Shown: positions 9,301-17,713 of the stretch, in pieces
How the letters are laid out: every line of letters begins with the position of its first letter
How positions within the stretch are numbered: the first letter of the stretch is position 1
From: Tubiluchus corallicola
Lineage: Eukaryota > Animalia > Priapulida
Assembly (NCBI GenBank): GCA_030141605.1
Contig: JAQGDQ010002018.1
Location: 1-17,713 of the forward strand
Length of the DNA: 17,713 bases
Direction: 5' to 3'
Program-made: the position numbers and the translations under genes
The notes under the pieces: generated by a model
What the model was told of the DNA's origin: nothing
Seen by the model: only the letters and a program-made list of their open reading frames with translations
The model's database searches: none

Positions 9301-11321
9301 TTATGTTAAAATCAACTATCGTCTAAAAATGTATAGTTTTCCTTTAACACGACCATTACTAGAAATAGTAACAGTCTCCGTCATTTCAGACATCGCGTGG
9401 TCAGGCTAGCCCGATACCGGCCATGGTTCGGACCGAGTCGGTCAGCAGCATGGGCAGCATTAACAGCGATTCTTTCAAAACGACCTCAATGCCAGTGTCC
9501 AGTTCGCGAGGTCCGAGTCCACTAACCATAGGCATGGCCGACACGGTGCCGTTGGCCATTGCCTTCACGGAAACGGTCAATGCCTACTTTAAAGGAGCCA
9601 GTCAGTCCAAGTGAGTATATAATGTAATTTAAGTTTATTTATCATGACAGCAAGAGGATGAATTAAAACATACACAGTAGACCTAAAATTCAGAAATATA
9701 AAAATTTAAAAGAATAAGCAACGTAGAACACGTAGCAGTATACAGTATTTCACTCCATCAATAGTATAATATAATTAATATAATAATTTATTAATAATAA
9801 TAAATAAAAATTACACAATACAATTGAACTCTGTAAACTGAATTGAAAGCAAAACCTGATCTTAAACTGTAGGTCAAAACGATCTACTCTTAAAAATATT
9901 GAAAAGAAACATACTATTTTCTTCAGCAATGACTTGAGTGAAAGAATTATTATCACACGAACACAATTTGATGTTCGTGCCACTATTTCTTCGCTGTTAC
10001 GCGCATTTCGCCTTTTGCTAGTTAGACGGGCAGTAGCGCCTGCATTTTGGAAACGCATTGCGCAAAAGACAGGTGCTGTACCTCTCAGTTCCAATGTGTT
10101 AGTTTGTTACGAACTACACACGTTCGACAGCTCATGCGTGAGCACAGCGATAAATTTGAAATTTGAATTTTTATATTAAAACTTGCCTGGTTTTAGTACA
10201 ACACACTGAATATCTTATAGGAGCACTGTACTTCAATTTTCACTTTCGCAAACACGCGCAACACGCTCGTGGAATATTTTTGCTGTTGAAAATTATGTTC
10301 GTTTGTGATGTTATCAAAAATTGCATTTCGGAAACTCATTGCGTCTATCTAACCAGGTAGAGTGGATAAGCTACAAAACAACGACAGCGAGTAGTTTAAC
10401 AATAAAAACAAACGCTGGCACCTGTTTCTAATTATTGTATCGGCATGTTGCTGCCAAACATTTATTTAATATCCCTTTTCATTTGCAGATGTAAAGTCTG
10501 GATAACTCTTTTCATTTGTAGATGTAAAGTGCGGATAACCGGGGATATGCTGGTGTCGTTCCCGTCGGGGATCGTTCAAATTCTAACCAACAATCCGACA
10601 CCTTCCAGCTTGAAGTTCAAACTAAAGGGTGTCGACCGCCTGCAAACGATCATTCCAAACAAACATTTACTGAGTTTGTAAGTAAAATTCACGTTTGTGG
10701 CCAAGGATGTGTTCAGAGTCTGTTAATTCCTTTAGGACCTTTTCAAATTGGTGTCATAAAACCTATGACTTTTCTGGCACTGCACGAGCACAAACATGAC
10801 TAAGTGATTATTGTTTAGCCACTGTTCTATTCAAGAGAATCTTGGCTATCCAACTGTGCTAACAAGTTTAACAATTTATAAGTGATTTAATTGGATAAAA
10901 TTAAGAAAAACACGCCCTTTTTCAGACACTCCAACATAGCCTATTGAATAGCTTAGTCTGGCGTACACTTGCGGGATCGTATGCAGTAATTTATTGATTG
11001 TAAGTTATGTTCGTTTGCGATGTCGTCAATAATTGGGCTCGCACGCCATTAATTAAGTTTTTAATCTATTATTTAATTTTCAGAAATGCTTTTGCAGTAT
11101 TAATTGTGTTAAGACGTATACTTTTTATCGAACTTCAAAATGGGGTAGTACATGAAAAATCATACTGTCTTCCTTTAATTAATTTCAGAGATACCAACCT
11201 GAGCACGGAGGAGTACCGCATCTTCACGTTCGACATGGCGGCTCTACGGGAACATTTACGAAGCCAAGCCGAATCAAATCCTTCGGCTTCGTTCTTCAAC
11301 ATCGACATACTGAAGTACCAG
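1803..11321 (+). CDS. FCHO2: Partial spliced gene: FCHO/SGIP1-family (muniscin) endocytic adaptor; exons 1803-1942, 3555-3624, 4464-4630, 5756-5823, 6726-6874, 7436-7587, 9390-9610, 10522-10677, 11189-11321
   Basis: The exons join in frame (intron phases 0,1,0,2,1,0,2,2, then a phase-0 donor at 11322). The product contains recalled FCHO/SGIP1 hallmarks: [91 protein letters not shown] and [10 protein letters not shown]. The symbol is only the closest vertebrate name; an invertebrate gene would be co-orthologous to FCHO1/FCHO2/SGIP1. Confidence 0.93.
2498..2962. mobile_element. Non-autonomous TTAA-target (piggyBac-type) MITE
   Basis: TTAA-CCCTTTCAtaCCC at the left end and GGGacTGAAAGGG-TTAA at the right end (inverted termini with a TTAA duplication); no ORF; internal palindrome gtatcccatgggatac at 2518-2533. 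Confidence 0.85.
3555..3624 (+). CDS. FCHO2: FCHO exon: [23 protein letters not shown] (first AP2-binding linker block)
   Basis: Acceptor tttttCAG/CAG (NAGNAG, start 3555 or 3558). It carries a DEEGY-like motif and ends at the U12 donor ATATCCTTT (3625). Confidence 0.9.
3625..4463 (+). other. U12-type (minor spliceosome) AT-AC intron, 839 nt, phase 1
   Basis: 5' site ATATCCTTT is a perfect U12 consensus. Branch-like TTTCTTGAC lies at 4445-4453 and the terminal AC at 4462-4463. Splicing restores the frame (T+AT=Tyr). Confidence 0.92.
4013..4100 (+). pseudogene. Degenerate tRNA-derived sequence (SINE head or tRNA relic) inside the U12 intron
   Basis: A-box-like TGGTTTAGTGTT (4018-4029) and B-box-like GAGTTCGAGTCC (4060-4071) at tRNA spacing, followed by T runs; the cloverleaf is not intact. 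Confidence 0.5.
4464..4630 (+). CDS. FCHO2: FCHO exon: (Y)[55 protein letters not shown] (AP2-activator region)
   Basis: Matches the recalled FCHO2/SGIP1 linker pattern (acidic Ser run, KK.x.I.IKP, AS.DELK.SIG.I.LSP); donor GTATGT at 4631. Confidence 0.92.
4685..5460. repeat. Tandem array, 97-bp unit x8
   Basis: Units start at 4685, 4782, 4879, 4976, 5073, 5170, 5267 and 5364 (gcatcattcaaaataggtc...ctgttctact). Confidence 0.97.
5756..5823 (+). CDS. FCHO2: FCHO exon: [22 protein letters not shown](G)
   Basis: Acceptor tacttacag, donor GTGAGT at 5824; phases 0/2 fit the neighbouring exons. Confidence 0.8.
5923..6678. mobile_element. Second piggyBac-type MITE, containing a TG-rich microsatellite
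   Basis: Left TTAA-CCCTTTCCCCACG, right CGTAGTGAAAGGG-TTAC (11/13 TIR match; right TTAA mutated). Confidence 0.7.
6330..6520. repeat. Compound (TG)n microsatellite
   Basis: gtgtgt runs interspersed with gcat/gcac; explains the VC/HT low-complexity ORFs. Confidence 0.97.
6726..6874 (+). CDS. FCHO2: FCHO exon: [49 protein letters not shown]
   Basis: GC-rich island, acceptor cttttag, donor GTAAGT at 6875; phases 2/1. Confidence 0.85.
6921..6997 (-). pseudogene. Degenerate tRNA-Lys-like relic / SINE head
   Basis: The minus strand reads tttgt-CTTTTAA-gcaaa (anticodon-arm-like, TTT), then ccaGGTTCAAATCtgg (T-arm/B box), then TTTTT; D arm and acceptor stem are decayed. Confidence 0.4.
7021..7338 (+). 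repeat. Interspersed repeat, longest copy
   Basis: The 5' half is homologous to 10143-10315 and the 3' half to 11005-11174. Confidence 0.9.
7436..7587 (+). CDS. FCHO2: FCHO exon: Pro-rich (P)[50 protein letters not shown]
   Basis: Acceptor tctttctactcttag, donor ATG/GTAAAC at 7588; IPRPPSR motif; phases 1/0. Confidence 0.85.
8160..8910 (+). repeat. Old diverged direct duplication (8160-8290 ~ 8727-8850; 8554-8603 ~ 8859-8910)
   Basis: Shared cacaagaaaac, tcgttttgaaattctat and caggtaagcg blocks in the same order. Confidence 0.75.
9390..9610 (+). CDS. FCHO2: FCHO exon: end of linker and start of the mu-homology domain (TSRGQASP...[35 protein letters not shown])
   Basis: Acceptor catttcag, donor GTGAGT at 9611; overlaps ORF 9423-9614; diagnostic muniscin motif. 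Confidence 0.95.
10143..10315 (+). repeat. Interspersed repeat fragment (5' half of 7021-7338)
   Basis: Shared gttttagtacaacac, ctgaatatctta, agcactgtacttcaattttc and tgttgaaaattatgtt. Confidence 0.9.
10522..10677 (+). CDS. FCHO2: FCHO muHD exon: [51 protein letters not shown] (alternative in-frame start 10489)
   Basis: Two duplicated acceptors (10488 and 10521), donor GTAAGT at 10678; phases 2/2. Confidence 0.92.
10741..10912 (+). repeat. Single diverged monomer of the 97-bp unit plus its downstream flank (homologous to ~5370-5542)
   Basis: Shared tgacttttctg, ctgttctattca-gagaatct-ggctatccaa and tgatttaattggataaaattaagaaaaacac. Confidence 0.9.
11005..11174 (+). repeat. Interspersed repeat fragment (3' half of 7021-7338)
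   Basis: Shared ttaattaagtttttaatc, cagaaatgcttttgcagta, gtatactttttatc and aaatggggtagta. Confidence 0.9.
11189..11321 (+). CDS. FCHO2: FCHO muHD exon: [44 protein letters not shown]
   Basis: Acceptor aatttcag, donor CAG/GTAAAT at 11322; matches the recalled YYNVDMLKYQ-type motif. Confidence 0.93.
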
Positions 11322-11367
11322 GTAAATGTGTTTTTTTCACCAATAGGGATGGAGTGGGAAAATCATT

Positions 11368-12057
11368 CGCTTCTGTCGGGATGTGGAAGTGGCTTCCGGT
11401 GTCATGTTACCATGACCGGCTGTGCTACTAGGCGAACGCTTCTGTCAGGATGTGGAAGTGGCTTCCGGTGTCATGTTACCATGGCCGGCTGTGCTACTAG
11501 GTGAACGCTTCTGTCAGGATGTGGAAGTGGCTTCCGGTGTCATGGTACCATGACCGGCTGTGCTACTAGGTGAACGCTTCTGTCAGGATGTGGAAGTGGC
11601 TTCCGGTGTCATGTTACCATGACCGGCTGTGCTACTAGGTGAACGCTTCTGTCGGGATGTGGAAGTGGCTTCCGGTGTCATGTTACCATGACCGGCTGTG
11701 CTACTAGGTGAACGCTTCTGTCAGGATGTGGAAGTGGCTTCCGGTGTCATGTTACCATGACCGGCTGTGCTACTAGGTGAACGCTTCTGTCACGATGTGG
11801 AAGTGGCTTCCGGTGTCATGGTACCATGACCGGCTGTGCTACTAGGTGAACGCTTCTGTCAGGATGTGGAAGTGGCTTCCGGTGTCATGGTACCATGACC
11901 GGCTGTGCTACTAGGTGAACGCTTCTGTCACGATGTGGAAGTGGCTTCCGGTGTCATGGTACCATGACCGGCTGTGCTACTAGGTGAACGCTTCTGTCGG
12001 GATGTGGAAGTGGCTTCCGGTGTCATGGTACCATGACCGGCTGTGCTACTAGGTGAA
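11368..12057. repeat. Tandem array, GC-rich 69-bp unit x10, with internal inverted repeats
   Basis: Units every 69 bp from 11368 to 11989: cgcttctgtcaggatgtggaagtggcttccggtgtcatg(t/g)taccatgaccggctgtgctactaggtgaa. Confidence 0.97.
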
Positions 12058-12222
12058 CTAAACAGTTGCCTAGGATGCCAGACTTTGCCAAATTCTGCAA
12101 ATACGTGTAATCCTTTAATTTTCAGTTTTGTAGTAGGAGTAAATATCATACTGTGTGCGTAATTGCTTAAGTGCTCGACATTAACTAAATGAAGTTGCGT
12201 CATTTTGAAATTCAGTCAGCGC

Positions 12223-15200
12223 AAGTTGTAGATAGGTACTTAAAAATACCTAATTAGTACAAGCTGTAGATAGGTAATTAACAATACCTAATTAGTACAA
12301 GCTGTAGATAGGTAATTAATAATACCTAATTAGTACAAGCTGTAGATAGGTAATTGAGAATTCCTAATTAGTACAAGCTGTAGATGGGTAATTAAGAATA
12401 CCTAATTAGTACAAGCTGTAGATAGGTAATTAAAAATACCTAATTAGTACAAGCTGTAGATAGGTAATTAAGAATACCTAATTAGTACAAGCTGTAGATA
12501 GGTACTTAAAAATACCTAATTAGTACAAGCTGTAGATAGGTAATTAATAATACCTAATTAGTACAAGCTGTAGATAGGTAATTAAAAATACCTAATTAGT
12601 ACAAGCTGTAGATAGGTAATTAATAATACCTAATTAGTACAAGCTGTAGATAGGTATAGATGGTAATTAATAATACCTAATTAGTACAATGTAGATAGGT
12701 AATTAATAATACCTAATTAGTACAAGCTGTAGATAGGTAATTAAAATTCCTAATTAGTACAAGCTGTAGATGGTAATTAATAATACCTAATTAGTAAATG
12801 TAGATGGATTAATAATACCTAATTAGTACAAGCTGTAGATAGGTAATTAATAATACCTAATTAGTACAAGCTGTAGATAGGTAATTAATAATACCTAATT
12901 AGTACAAGCTGTAGATAGGTAATTAACAATACCTAATTAGTACAAGCTGTAGATGGGTAATTAATAATACCTAATTAGTACAAGCTGTAGATAGGTAATT
13001 AATAATACCTAATTAGTACAAGCTGTAGATAGGTAATTAACAATACCTAATTAGTACAAGCTGTAGATAGGTAATTAATAATACCTAATTAGTACAAGCT
13101 GTAGATGGGTAATTAACAATGCCTAATTAGTACAAGCTGTAGATGGGTAATTAATAATACCTAATTAGTACAAGCTGTAGATGGGTAATTAATAATACCT
13201 AATTAGTACAAGCTGTAGATAGGTAATTAAGAATACCTAATTAGTACAAGCTGTAGATAGGTAATTAACAATACCTAATTAGTACAAGCTGTAGATAGGT
13301 AATTAATAATACCTAATTAGTACAAGCTGTAGATAGGTAATTAACAATATACCTAATTAGTACAAGCTGTAGATGGGTAATTAATAATACCTAATTAGTA
13401 CAAGCTGTAGATGGGTAATTAAAAATACCTAATTAGTACAAGCTGTACATAGGTAATTAATAATACCTAATTAGTACAAGCCTTAGATAGGTAATTGAGA
13501 ATTCCTAATTAGTACAAGCTGTAGATGGGTAATTAAGAATTCCTAATTAGTACAAGCTGTAGATGGGTAATTAAGAATACCTAATTAGTACAAGCTGTAG
13601 ATAGGTACTTAAAAATACCTAATTAGTACAAGCTGTAGATAGGTAATTGAGAATACCTAATTAGTACAAGCTGTAGATAGGTAATTAACAATATACCTAA
13701 TTAGTACAAGCTGTAGATAGGTAATTAATAATACCTAATTAGTACAAGCCTTAGATAGGTAATTGAGAATTCCTAATTAGTACAAGCTGTAGATGGGTAA
13801 TTAAGAATTCCTAATTAGTACAAGCTGTAGATGGGTAATTAAGAATACCTAATTAGTACAAGCTGTAGATGGGTAATTAATAATACCTAATTAGTACAAG
13901 CTGTAGATGGGTAATTAATAATACCTAATTAGTACAAGCTGTAGATGGGTAATTAATAATACCTAATTAGTACAAGCTGTAGATAGGTAATTAAAAATAC
14001 CTAATTAGTACAAGCTGTAGATGGGTACTTAAAAATACCTAATTAGTACAAGCTGTAGATGGGTAATTAATAATACCTAATTAGTACAAGCTGTAGATGG
14101 GTAATTAATAATACCTAATTAGTACAAGCTGTAGATAGGTAATTAAAAATACCTAATTAGTACAAGCTGTAGATAGGTAATTAACAATATACCTAATTAG
14201 TACAAGCTGTAGATGGGTAATTAATAATACCTAATTAGTACAAGCTGTAGATGGGTAATTAATAATACCTAATTAGTACAAGCTGTAGATGGGTAATTAA
14301 TAATACCTAATTAGTACAAGCTGTAGATAGGTAATTAAGAATACCTAATTAGTACAAGCTGTAGATAGGTACTTAAAAATACCTAATTAGTACAAGCTGT
14401 ACATAGGTAATTAATAATACCTAATTAGTACAAGCCTTAGATAGGTAATTGAGAATTCCTAATTAGTACAAGCTGTAGATAGGTAATTAAGAATACCTAA
14501 TTAGTACAAGCTGTAGATAGGTAATTAACAATATACCTAATTAGTACAAGCTGTAGATGGGTAATTAATAATACCTAATTAGTACAAGCTGTAGATGGGT
14601 AATTAATAATACCTAATTAGTACAAGCTGTAGATAGGTAATTAACAATATACCTAATTAGTACAAGCTGTAGATGGGTAATTAATAATACCTAATTAGTA
14701 CAAGCTGTAGATGGGTAATTAACAATATACCTAATTAGTACAAGCTGTAGATAGGTAATTAACAATATACCTAATTAGTACAAGCTGTAGATGGGTAATT
14801 AATAATACCTAATTAGTACAAGCTGTAGATGGGTAATTAAGAATACCTAATTAGTACAAGCTGTAGATAGGTAATTAAGAATACCTAATTAGTACAAGCT
14901 GTAGATAGGTAATTAACAATATACCTAATTAGTACAAGCTGTAGATAGGTAATTAACAATATACCTAATTAGTACAAGCTGAAGATAGGTAATTAATAAT
15001 ACCTAATTAGTACAAGCTGTAGATAGGTAATTAATAATACCTAATTAGTACAAGCTGTAGATGGGTAATTAATAATACCTAATTAGTACAAGCTGTAGAT
15101 AGGTAATTAATAATACCTAATTAGTACAAGCTGTAGATAGGTAATTAATAATACCTAATTAGTACAAGCTGTAGATAGGTACTTAAAAATACCTAATTAG

Positions 15201-16209
15201 TACAAGCTGTAGATAGGTAATTAACAATGCCTAATTAGTACAAGCTGTAGATGGGTAATTAATAATACCTAATTAGTACAAGCTGTAGATGGGTAATTAA
15301 TAATACCTAATTAGTACAAGCTGTAGATAGGTAATTAACAATACCTAATTAGTACAAGCTGTAGATGGGTAATTAAGAATACCTAATTAGTACAAGCTGT
15401 AGATAGGTAATTAATAATACCTAATTAGTACAAGCTGTAGATGGGTAATTAATAATACCTAATTAGTACAAGCTGTAGATAGGTAATTAATAATACCTAA
15501 TTAGTACAAGCTGTAGATGGGTAATTAAAAATACCTAATTAGTACAAGCTGTACATAGGTAATTAAAAATACCTAATTAGTACAAGCTGTACATAGGTAA
15601 TTAATAATACCTAATTAGTACAAGCTGTAGATGGGTAATTAAGAATACCTAATTAGTACAAGCTGTAGATGGGTAATTAACAATATACCTAATTAGTACA
15701 AGCTGTAGATGGGTAATTAATAATACCTAATTAGTACAAGCTGTAGATAGGTAATTAACAATACCTAATTAGTACAAGCTGTAGATGGGTAATTAAGAAT
15801 ACCTAATTAGTACAAGCTGTAGATAGGTAATTAATAATACCTAATTAGTACAAGCTGTAGATGGGTAATTAATAATACCTAATTAGTACAAGCTGTAGAT
15901 AGGTAATTAATAATACCTAATTAGTACAAGCTGTAGATGGGTAATTAAAAATACCTAATTAGTACAAGCTGTACATAGGTAATTAAAAATACCTAATTAG
16001 TACAAGCTGTACATAGGTAATTAATAATACCTAATTAGTACAAGCTGTAGATGGGTAATTAAGAATACCTAATTAGTACAAGCTGTAGATAGGTAATTAA
16101 CAATATACCTAATTAGTACAAGCTGTAGATGGGTAATTAATAATACCTAATTAGTACAAGCTGTAGATAGGTAATTAACAATACCTAATTAGTACAAGCC
16201 TTAGATAGG
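12223..16209. repeat. Satellite array, 38-bp unit (some 40 bp), roughly 105 copies
   Basis: Consensus aagctgtagataggtaattaataatacctaattagtac; copy number estimated as length divided by 38. Confidence 0.98.
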
Positions 16210-16313
16210 AGTAGGTTAGATGTTACACCTCTGGCCGATTTCCCGGGGGGGGGTGGGGATTTCCCCGGGGGGGTGGGGAAAAACACCCCTAAAAAAGTGC
16301 GAAAATCCGGAAA

Positions 16314-16513
16314 CACCCCTAAAAAAGTGAAGTGGCTCTATTGTCGTGCTAGTTAAGTGACCAATTTAAGGATTAGGAGTGACGGTTGGTCGATGGGCCA
16401 CGCCCCCCTCGGCTGCCGGGGGTGGGAACAAAAATCACCCCCTAAAAAAAGTGAAGCGGGTCTATTGTTGCGCTAGTTAAGTGCTCGATTTAAGGATTAG
16501 GAGTGACGGTTGG
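16314..16513. repeat. Direct repeat of ~77 bp (16314-16389 and 16436-16513)
   Basis: cacccctaaaaaagtgaag...gctagttaagtg...atttaaggattaggagtgacggttgg occurs twice. Confidence 0.9.
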
Positions 16514-16900
16514 AACTCCCGCACGCTTTGGGGGGGGGGTGCGCCCGGCGAGAACACCCCCCCCCCTCCGCGCTAAATGCAGTCGTCCGTTCGACGCGCG
16601 CTCGCTGCGCACTTTGCTTGCTCCACCCTAATTGTGGCTAATCCGGTAATCGACTCTCGCCTCGCCGCCTAGCTAGCTAGCTAGATAATGGGCTAAAAGA
16701 TTTCTCTACAGGATGTTCTTTTATGCGAGTCTAAATTGCAACATACAGTCTACTCACACGCGCACACACCGCCGAGCACGATTGTTAGCACGGGCTGACC
16801 ATTAGCACGAACGTTACCGCGTGTAACATACAGTCTACTCACTCGTCGCCGAGCATGATTAATTTCTGGGTTTCTTTATTTTTTTGTCAACTGTATCCAA

Positions 16901-16940
16901 CGATGATGATGATGACGACGACGATGATGATGATGATGAC
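16901..16940. repeat. (GAT/GAC)n trinucleotide repeat
   Basis: cgatgatgatgatgacgacgacgatgatgatgatgatgac. Confidence 0.9.
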
Positions 16941-17037
16941 GCGGTATTACCTAAAGCAGAGTCTGATCTTTGGTCGTCATCCACTTTTTTTATCCGACAG
17001 AACAATAATAACTAATGTTAGTTAAAATTATCTTTTC

Positions 17038-17220
17038 ATTTTGTAAAAATCTTTCTATCTGTACTAACTCGCATGTTTAAACCCGCAACGAATGCACTCA
17101 TACGATCAGACGCCAAGGCAGGCACGCCTCTATTTTGTAAAAATCTTTCTATCTGTACTAACTCGCATGTTTAAACCCGCAACGAATGCACTCATCTGAT
17201 CAGACGCCAAGGCAGGCACG
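17038..17220. repeat. Tandem duplication with a 94-bp period (2 copies)
   Basis: attttgtaaaaatctttctatctgtactaactcgc...gccaaggcaggcacg at 17038 and 17132. Confidence 0.95.
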
Positions 17221-17713
17221 TGTCTATTGCTTAATCCGGTAATTGACTCGACTACCTGGCTAATGAGGACTTAATCCGTTAATTGACTTGCTAGACATGA
17301 CACCCGCGGCTATTTAAGTGCGTGTACCTGTTTTTTTAAAAGCCCGTTGGAATGTACAGCAAGCAGACAGTAGGACAGCTGCCGTCTAGATAAAATTGAA
17401 TGCCTGCAGCCTTCTAGTCTGCACGCTTTCAACGAGTCAGTATTTTTTTAGGTGAGGATATATATATATAATCCCAAAAACTCACAAGTTGCATTAGCCA
17501 CATTTTTATTGAAAGATTTCTTTTTTTTGACAATAGGGTATTTAAAATTTTACTTTTATCTAGACTAGATGTACAAAGAGAAAAAAACTGAGGCGCTTTA
17601 CTATTAGACTAAAATTGCCAGAGACTGAAGTGTATTTACTTTTTAAAATATTCATTTATCTTTATCCCGATGGGGTGTACCCTTACTATTTAAAAAATAT
17701 TCATTTATCTTTA

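Larger units (their letters stand above)
16210..17713. mobile_element. Putative terminal region of a large inserted element (Polinton/Maverick-like TIR is one hypothesis)
   Basis: Abrupt junction in the middle of a satellite unit, starting AGTAGG; long G/C runs and several nested direct repeats; no coding sequence in the window to confirm it. Confidence 0.4.

Noticed and set aside
9750-10360. ORFs 9750-10094 (-), 9934-10179 (+) and 10163-10360 (+)
   Set aside because: AT-rich intronic or repeat sequence with non-ATG starts and no recognisable domain.
11322-12203. Repetitive peptides from ORFs 11007-11504 (tail) and 11928-12203
   Set aside because: A by-product of the 69-bp (23-codon) tandem unit; only 11189-11321 is FCHO-like.
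12650-12830. Cluster of indel-bearing satellite monomers as a distinct subfamily
   Set aside because: Scattered 1-3 nt deletions confined to one patch look like low-quality consensus; this cannot be resolved without reads.
12223-16209. CRISPR-like array (palindromic ~38-bp repeats)
   Set aside because: Units are head-to-tail with no unique spacers, there are no cas genes, and the context is a eukaryotic intron.

Overview
Eukaryotic (animal, most likely non-vertebrate) genomic DNA, not prokaryotic. The + strand carries the middle part of a spliced muniscin gene of the FCHO1/FCHO2/SGIP1 family. I reconstructed 9 phase-consistent coding exons (1803-11321) encoding a polybasic stretch, the AP2-activating linker, a Ser/Pro-rich region and the first part of the mu-homology domain. 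A candidate Cys-rich upstream exon (288/298-342) may add to these. The F-BAR exons and the rest of the muHD are not in the window. Highlights: (1) a minor-spliceosome U12 AT-AC intron (3625-4463) splitting the AP2-activator region; (2) a candidate F-BAR-less, SGIP1-like N-terminus MCVDFFSLQPAECFQFCC-WFLSR-polyK; (3) a 33-bp tandem duplication of a 3' splice site giving two in-frame acceptors; (4) LLDLD and DPF endocytic motifs in the linker. The introns are rich in repeats: two TTAA/piggyBac-type MITEs, tRNA-derived relics, 97-bp x8 and 69-bp x10 arrays, and a ~4-kb hairpin-forming 38-bp satellite with a 420-bp higher-order duplication. The satellite is cut mid-unit by a G-run/repeat-rich segment beginning AGTAG that may be the end of a large DNA transposon. 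All family assignments come from recalled motifs; no database search was run.
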